Assembly: GCA_048128005.1 (NCBI GenBank)
Contig: JBEUKZ010000102.1
Location: 124,001 to 180,363 of the forward strand
Reading direction: 5' to 3'
DNA length: 56,363 bases
Origin: Veleropilina oligotropha
Taxonomy: Eukaryota
The translations under genes were made by a program, and so were the position numbers. The notes under the pieces are model-generated. The model ran no database searches and was not told the origin of the DNA. It was given only the letters and a program-made list of their open reading frames with translations. How positions within the stretch are numbered: position 1 is the first letter of the stretch; each line of letters starts with the position of its first letter. This document shows, piece by piece, positions 48,340 through 56,363 of the stretch.

Positions 48340-50303
48340 CCAACCATTTTATTGTATTGAAGTCAGGATCATAAATGCTTGGTGCGCTATTAAAATATGA
48401 CAAATTTAACATTTGAGCGACAGAGAATGAACTGTTATTGTGTTCACATTGTGGACAATAGGTCTGTATTGCTTCTATGCATTACACGAAATTACTAATA
48501 ATGACCTGTTGTTTATTATGTAAGGTAATTAACCTTGTTGATAGGAATAGCATATTTTTGTATGAAATTGCGCCCTATTTCTTTAACAACAGTACATTAT
48601 TAGTGACAATTTTGTGCCTGTTTTATGACGATTACTTGAAATCAGGATCATAAATGCTCGGTGCTATTAAAATTTGACAAATTTAACATTTAAGGACAGA
48701 AAATGAAATGTTATTGTGTCTACTTTGTGGAAAATAAGTCTGTATTGCTTCTATGCATTATTGTAATTACTAATATTGACCTGTTGTTTATTATGTAAGG
48801 TAACCTTGTTGATATGAATAGCATATTTATTTTAGAAATTACGCCCTATTTCTGTAACAACAGTACATTGTTAGTGACGATTTTGTGTCTGTTTTGTGAT
48901 GATTACTTAAAATCAGGATCATAAATGCGTGGTGCGCTATAAAAATTTGACAAATTTAACATTTGAGCGACAGAGAATTAAATGTTATTGTGTCTATAAG
49001 TCTGTATTGCTTCTATACATTATTGTAAATTACTAATATTGACCTGTTGATTATTATGTAAGGTAATCTTGATGATAGAAATAGCATATTTTTTTATAAA
49101 TTGCGCCATATTTCTGTACCAACAGTACATTGTTAGTGACGATTTTGTGTCTGTTTTGTGATGATTACTTGAAATCAAGATCATATTAAAATGCGTGGTG
49201 CGCTATAAAAATTTGACAGATTTAACATTTGAGCGACAGAGAATGAAATTTTATTGTGTCTACCTTGTGGCCAATAAGTCTGTATTGCTTCTATGCATTA
49301 TTGTAAATTACTAATATTGACCCGTTGATTATTATGTAAGGTAACCTTGTTGATATGAATAGCATATTGTTTTATGAAATTGCGCTCTATTTCTGTCACA
49401 GCAGTACATTGTTTGCAACATTTTTGTGCCTGTTTTGTAATGATAACTAGAAATCAGCTGTCCTGCAGAACTTCATCGATGCTTCGCAACTGTCTTGTTC
49501 ATGCAGACAATTACAAACAAAAATTATTAACGAACAAAACAAGAGAAGAACACTGCAGAAAATAGGATTGATGGACCAATAATTACATTTTTAAAACTGC
49601 TGTTTGAAAACTAGATGAGCAATCTCGTTTGCATGAAGCATTGTGCTAGACTCTGCATCCGGCGCTCCCTTACTTTCATTTCAACAGAACCCTGTTGCTC
49701 AGAGTGATTTCTATGAGGTCAATATTGGTCATTTTGGCATTTAATGGTGAACTACAAGTAATATTTTTAAGGTTGTGATATTAATATTAAAATAAATGAT
49801 TCAATGATTAATGTTGAATGATGTTGTCATCGATTATATTTTTATCATATTACATGTATGTGAATTGCTGACATTCGGAAATATAGTTTCAATGTTTTGT
49901 TACAGCCAGTTAAGTGTTCGGCAAGTATCAACATGCGAGAAAACTTCGATTGAAAGTAACTATTATTGTACACCAACCATTTTATTGTATTGAAATCAGG
50001 ATCTTAAATGATTGGTGCGCTATTAAATTTGACAAATTTAACATTTGAGCGACAGAGAATGAACTGTTATTGTGTTCACATTGTGGACAATAAGTCTGTA
50101 TTGCTTCTATGCATTATTGTAAATAACTAAATTAAATAATGACCTGTTGTTTATTATGTAAAGTAACCTTGTTGATATTCAATAGCATATTTTTTTATGA
50201 AATTGCGCCCTATTTCTGAAACAACAGTACATTATTAGTGACAATTTTGTGCCTGTTTTGTAATGATTACATGAAATCAGGATCATAAATGCTTGGCGCT
50301 CTA
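48340..50303 (+). repeat. ~265-280-bp satellite-like tandem array, interrupted ~49460-49970
   Basis: AAATCAGGATCATAAATGC-like unit starts near 48360, 48640, 48910, 49172, 49993, 50274. Confidence 0.9.
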
Positions 50304-53104
50304 TTAAAGTGACTATTGCCCAAATTAACGCAATTTTCGTGCATATGTAGCATGACTGGACAGCCTCTAAAATGAATCAGACGCACGTTTCGCACAGATT
50401 GATACAAATTTCGCGAAGATATGATCGACATGTGATCAAATTATACATTTTTATTGAAACTATTATTGTAACTGGGCAATATATATTATAATCAAATAGA
50501 CAGCTATCTTCCTTGACGAGCAAAAACCTACACAACTTTGCTCCAACTACGTCAATTGGAAATGTCACTCGGTGAGAGGTAATTAACATTATATTTAAAT
50601 CTTCATTAGCGATTTATTTAAACGGTAGCAAATTACTGACGAAAGTTACGTGTTGAATATTCCTAACTTTTTATGCTATAAATTAAAGTGTAATGCGGTT
50701 AGATTTCTTTTCAAAAAGAAAAGAGTGCAGTTACGGGCAATAGTATATTTAAAATTCAACATTTGGGACAAATTTTGAATACTATCTCTAATTTGACATT
50801 CAGCATACCTTTAATTCCATACTTGTTCCAGATTACATGGTTTTTAATCGGATGCATTTTTGGTACAAGAGCTCAGAACACTATTGCAAAGTATTTCTGA
50901 ATAATAAATTGATTGTCAATATAAACCTGTTAGTTATTTAATAGTGTTATATACATAAATATATATAGTATATTATAGTGTAGTATACAGTGTTACCCAC
51001 ATCCGACCGTCCGAACTTTTGTTTCTGGAAAATAACTTTAGAATGCCTTATGGATTTAAATTAAATTTGGCATTCAACTGTATGATCATAATAGGTAGGT
51101 GGAGTTCGCTATCGGTAAAATTCCGATATCACCTAAGCGAGTTTTGGCCGTTTCCGGGTGGTACCTTGAGAATGCCCTGAAATCATGAATTTACATTAAA
51201 TTTGGTATTCAAATGTATGATCATAATATCTAGGAGTAGGTGGAATTCGATTTCGGCAACATTTCGTCGTCACTCAAGAGAGTTATGACACTTGATTCAC
51301 TCTTAACATTTTGTTTCATTTCTGGGCGAATGCCTTCATGGATTTAAATTAAATTTGGTATTCAAGTGTTTATCTAATTGTTTCTTTGTTTGGTCTAGAT
51401 TTGAATAACGCATCACCATTTTAACTAGGGAGACCCCCTTCTCACTCGTTACTTAGCGTGGAAGTTTGTTATTCTTCATTTTAGATGAACCTGATATATG
51501 AATCATAGCTAACTAACTTGGATGCAAATTATCTTCCTCCACATGAAAGCAGGCAGGTTCACAAAATGACCATAGATTTTTATTAGTTGAGCCGTGTAAA
51601 CGGAGAAGCTATTATATTGAGGCTGTCTGTGTGTCTGTCTGTCTGTGTGGTGGACGGTGTATGTACACGATGACTTTACATGGCTCAACTATGCTTCCTC
51701 TCGGATGCGTTTGTTATTACTGTGGATATTTTCATTTATCTATTGTCACACGCACGTCCAAATTCACCCACCTGACTGCTCGGTTCATAGGAATGGGTTT
51801 GAATCCTTGACTGTATACTTTGTGAAATTATCTGTCACAGTTGTTCATAACAGACCGAACTTGATATTTCAGGATATCTTCCATTAAAAATCTGGACCTG
51901 TCTCAATAATACAATAGATGTTTGACGGGGACAACAAACACCAAAAATATTTATTTCTGTATATATGCTTAGTTGGTACCAGTCAGGCGCCTGGTAGGGT
52001 ATTTAATAAGAGAGGGCTCAAATTTGACTGCACTGATTAGCAGTGTTGTTGTTGAATCATCGGCTGGGTTTGGAACAATCAACAGCCGCAAATGTTCTTA
52101 ACTAGCCAGTGTGGGCAGGTTTTCCCAAACGACTGGGCTGAAAATTCCTCTAGCGATAATATGGATACTAGTATATGATCCCGAAGAGTGTTAAAATGAT
52201 ACAACCAAATCCCTGAAGATTATGTCTTCACTTCGCGTCTCGAAGCAGTATAGCGAATACACTTGGACAGCATTATGACACACAAAATGCCAACCTACAA
52301 GTACCAATTCAGATCGATTGGATGGATCAAGGCAAATATATGCTTATATCCTTGCCAAAGAGAAATAGCAGACCTTGCAATTAAAGTGAGGACTTTTTAA
52401 CATACCTTAACCCTTTAAGAAGCGATCTGGCCGAAATCAGCCGCAAAATCAGAAGCTCTACAACCGGGCGACTTATCCATTGTTGTCCCAATCATACATT
52501 ACAGCTGTAAGCTCAAAATGACAATGGATATCTGGTTATTTGCGAGAGTTTGTACTGTTGCCATAATGTACATAAATAGGACATATGATGATATATGCCA
52601 ATTGATAATGTAAATGTTAAGGGTTAATGAAAAGAAAGAAAACATGATAGTCATCGATATCACACGGTGGAACACACGTACGGAACACATGTTTCTAAAT
52701 TCTTCCCCCGACAACTTCATTGATAAGAACTGTCCCCTATCATTATGTAATAAATAATACACTGTCAGCCCGAGCGTTATAATTCACATAACATGCCGAG
52801 TCAGAATGAGGCTGTTATATTATAACGCAGAGGGTGACAGCTGTATTATCTGTTATAAACACCGCGGAAATCTATTGTAAATTGCAAGCTGTAATCCCTT
52901 AAAACATTCATATCAATCTCTATAAGGCGATATGGTAAGAGTAGACTCTTCCATTGGGAACTTGCCAAATCTATTGTCGCTCGAGGTTTAACGGCAGGCT
53001 TCTCCGATTATACAGCGAAAACTCGCGATATTACCTATGCTTATGATGTGCAACGGAGCTGTTCTCAAACTCATCCATCTAATATAGTCTGTGTTCTAAT
53101 ATTT

Positions 53105-53696
53105 TTTGTCTCTCATGCAACGCAAATGCGAGTCTATGTACTGAGCATGTCGTCTGACCGGCGTCAACAATTGGTTCTGTTAAAGTTTCTCAATCAGGCT
53201 ATATAAGCAACAATATGCATGTTTTAGCATTACTATTATAATATGTTAGATATCATTATATCATTGTTATCTGATCATAAATAAATAATATTGAAGATAA
53301 TTTAATTCAAATTTTACCATAAAATGATGCTTTTGGACTTATAAATTTTCGTTAAAGTTTTTGGTTAACATTTCTAAAGCATGCTATGTATGTACTGCTA
53401 CTTCCTAAGGTTTGGGATGGCAGTCAACCCGGTCTCATATGTTATAGGAGTAGCTATATATGCAACAATCATCTTACTTTGGCATCTTTCTGTGTCAGAT
53501 ATCACTATTTCATTGTCATCTAGCCCTAGAGTAGAAATATTGAAAGCAATTTAATTGAAATAAATAGCCATATAAATATGTCTATTTCAAATTGACAATG
53601 TCATCTACTATTGAATGCAGACACAGTAATCATAAAATATAAGTGATTGATGCGCAGTTCCACGCATGCGAGCCATTTCGAGCTTTTGCTCTTGTT
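53105..53696 (+). mobile_element. HINE-like element, same family as 11087-12847
   Basis: Same 5' (CATGCAACGCAAAT.CGAGTCTATG) and 3' (GCATGCGAGCCATTT.GAGC..GCTCTTGTT) ends. Confidence 0.75.
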
Positions 53697-53869
53697 ACTA
53701 CTGGTACGAATTGACAATTTACCCACACGTAAATATTTTATTCTAAACAAGAGTACCCTGGTATCAAAATGCCCATCCGATAAGGCAAAAAAATGTCTCG
53801 TATTCGACCTATTTATCTCCCGGGCGTTAAAAATATTGACAAAGGGAGAATTATTGTTAAATATATACA

Positions 53870-54395
53870 TATTTATCACATGACAAAGCTGTTATGGAAC
53901 GGTAAAAGCCGTTCCATAAATTTCGATACAAAAAGACACGTCTCATAAGTATGCAAATGAGGGCGAGCATGACGGCCGATCATCGCATCTGGCGCCAAGT
54001 TGATTAGGCGGCGCATCATCCTCATTAACATATTGAATATTTCATACGCGTTGACTCGTCGATTACTGACGTTGAACTATTTTTTATTGGCGTACTGGCG
54101 TGGCGCGTGCTTTCGAGGCGTGGTGCGTCTGACGCAAAGGCAATTTATGGTTGAAAGTACTGACAGAAATTAGTTTTAAAACGTAAAGAAATGTTTTTAA
54201 AAACGCAATAAAATAAGTTTAAAGGTAAATAAAGTCATGCATGTGATAAAGAAGATATGAAACTTGTGTCCATTTCATGTGAGAATTATGAAACTCGTCA
54301 GCAAATGTATGTACCTCGCCAAGGCTCGGTACATAAATTGTGCCCGACTCGTTTCATAATTCTCATATGGAATGGACACTCGTTCGATATCCTCT
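53870..54395. mobile_element. Crypton-like non-autonomous element
   Basis: Right-end hairpin; left end TTTATCACATG is complementary to internal CATGTGATAAA. Confidence 0.6.
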
Positions 54396-54536
54396 CTCTC
54401 TATATATATATATCGCCTATATTATATGAACGCCAACTATTTTTCCATTGACTTGGGATAAATACGATTAAATAAAGATAGCAAGTGGTGTTCCAATTTA
54501 TCCGGTTGACAAAATAATTCATTGCTAATATTTTAT

Positions 54537-55235
54537 CGCCGGTGTTCCGAGATGGTTTACCTAGCAAGATATATTAACTAGGTAAATTGTCTAAACAACC
54601 TCGATTGTAAACTTCAGTTACGGTTATTTTCCTCTGTTTCTTATATTTTATATTTACATATTCGGAACAATTTATATGTGATCTTTTTACTAATGTAAAT
54701 GTTATCTTTATTGCTGCAAAATAGCATAGATTAAATTAATTTTCAAATTTATATGATTTGACCGAAAACAACAGTTTGCGTCAAAACTTGGTGATAATAA
54801 ACTTCATTTAAGCATATTTTCTCAACTTTATATTTAGACATTCGGAGCAATCTACATGTGGTCTTTTTATTAATATAATTTTTAGCTCCATTGCTGCAAA
54901 ATAATATACCTTATATTAAGTTTGATATTGGTATGTTTGGACCGAAAACTTCACAATTTGACTAATTTAGCTTCAATGCGTTGCAAATAAACTCCTTATC
55001 GCTGTACTCTATGTGTCTGAAATTTGCCAATTCGGAACTGTCTCTTTATTATCATTTTAATGTTTTCATTGTTGGTGCAAAATAACATAGATTAAAACAG
55101 GAATTATTATGATGCATATTTCCAAGATAGAATACCCAAGTGCACAGCGGTCAAGGATGACCGCGCACAACCTGCAATGATAAAATATAGGCAATTAGGT
55201 AAACTATCTTGCTAAACCATCTCGCAACACCGGCG
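54537..55235. mobile_element. MITE-like TIR element with ~185-bp internal repeats
   Basis: CGCCGGTGTT.CGAGATGGTTTA / TAAACCATCTCG.AACACCGGCG. Confidence 0.7.
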
Positions 55236-55479
55236 CTGAAGATCCGAAAATTATTCCGCTTTCAATGTCGCTCAACTCTTCTATGCAGAAACGTTTTGTC
55301 GATACGCTACATTGTAAGGAGTATTCTACTCTTCTCGATTGGTGAGTGCAGCACCCCATGGGGATAATTCGGTGTATGCGCGAGAAACCAAAGGAAAATG
55401 ATTTTAGATGTTCCTTAAAATATTAGAAATGAAGTGAAAAATGGCGTCTCTATTCTTAGCCTCGGTCATTTTTCTCTCT

Positions 55480-56335
55480 GTTACATGATGTACTAACCCT
55501 ACAGAAAGAGCTTGGCAAAAATTTAAAAAAAATGTTTACGAATTATAAAAATATATAAATATGGAAATTTGTGAAGGTCAATGGCCAAATGACAAACATT
55601 TTATATTAGCGCCATTCACAGCTTTGGGTTATAGGCAACATAAAAAAAAAATTAAAAGGCTACCATGCTGAGTCTCCGAGAACCAGCCCGCACAAAATTT
55701 AATGGGTCAAAGGTTATTGTGGCAAGGTCAAAAATCATTCCCGTGAAATTTACCCACCATGATCTAGGGTATAATAAGGGTAGTCCATATGTCATAATAT
55801 GTCTCCATAGCTATCATAGTAGCCAGGCTATAAGTCTCACAAAGTATGCAAATTGCGAGTATATTTTGACCAAAGGCCATTTTTCGTATTTGTTATATGA
55901 TGTACTAACCCTAAAGAAATAGTTTGGCCCCAAAAAATTAAAAAATTACGAAAAATTTAAAAAATCTAAATATAGAAAATTTGTGAAGGTCACTACGCAG
56001 AGGTCAAATGATCAAAATTTTACTGCCATGCACAGCTTTGTATTATAGGCAACACACCTAAAAATATTTAGAAGGCTAACATGTTTGGCCTCCGAGAACC
56101 GGCCCGGACAAAATTTAAGGGTCAAAGGTCATTGCCGCAAGGTCAAAGGTCATTCACATGAAATTTCGCCACCATGCACTAGCGTATGATAAGGGTAGTT
56201 AGCATATCATATGAAATCAAGGTAACATGTTTGGTAGCCGAGATATAGGCCGGACAACATGAACCGCCGCCCGCCCGTCCGCCCGCCTCGGGCGATGACA
56301 CTAACCCCAGCCTATTTTAGGCTGGGGTTAAAAAC
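55480..56335 (-). mobile_element. HINE-like element, family of 41985-43438
   Basis: Same core repeat and terminal hairpin. Confidence 0.75.
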
Positions 56336-56363
56336 CAACTAAAACACGAGAGTACTCTGCGTT

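Overview
AT-rich, repeat-dense metazoan genomic DNA, most likely a mollusc or other lophotrochozoan (inferred from the repeat families, not proven). The standout region is 1-~9290: an integrated concatemer of a compact, intronless Polinton/adintovirus-like unit. Each unit carries a possible minor-capsid C-terminal remnant, a basic 145-aa protein, and a C2H2/polyproline/A32-type packaging ATPase. Two copies are joined head-to-head through a T-shaped 'two-eared' hairpin (1942-2055) resembling a parvoviral ITR. A third copy starts from the opposite ear and ends ~6 kb later in a 26/29 inverted copy of the terminal motif. Both ends carry TTAGGG-based arrays with embedded nuclear-receptor (RORE-type) sites. 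The rest of the window holds one recognisable host gene (NUPR1/p8), an intact 5'-truncated CR1/L2-group LINE with a 6-bp TSD, and a 3-exon RPA-like multi-OB-fold pseudogene. It also contains an IS3EU-type transposon with ~1.37-kb inverted arms and a 6-bp TSD, Crypton-like elements whose ends rebuild a hairpin when circularised, many nested Helentron-associated elements, tRNA-derived SINEs, MITEs, satellites and two local duplications. All family assignments come from motif recognition only; no searches were run.
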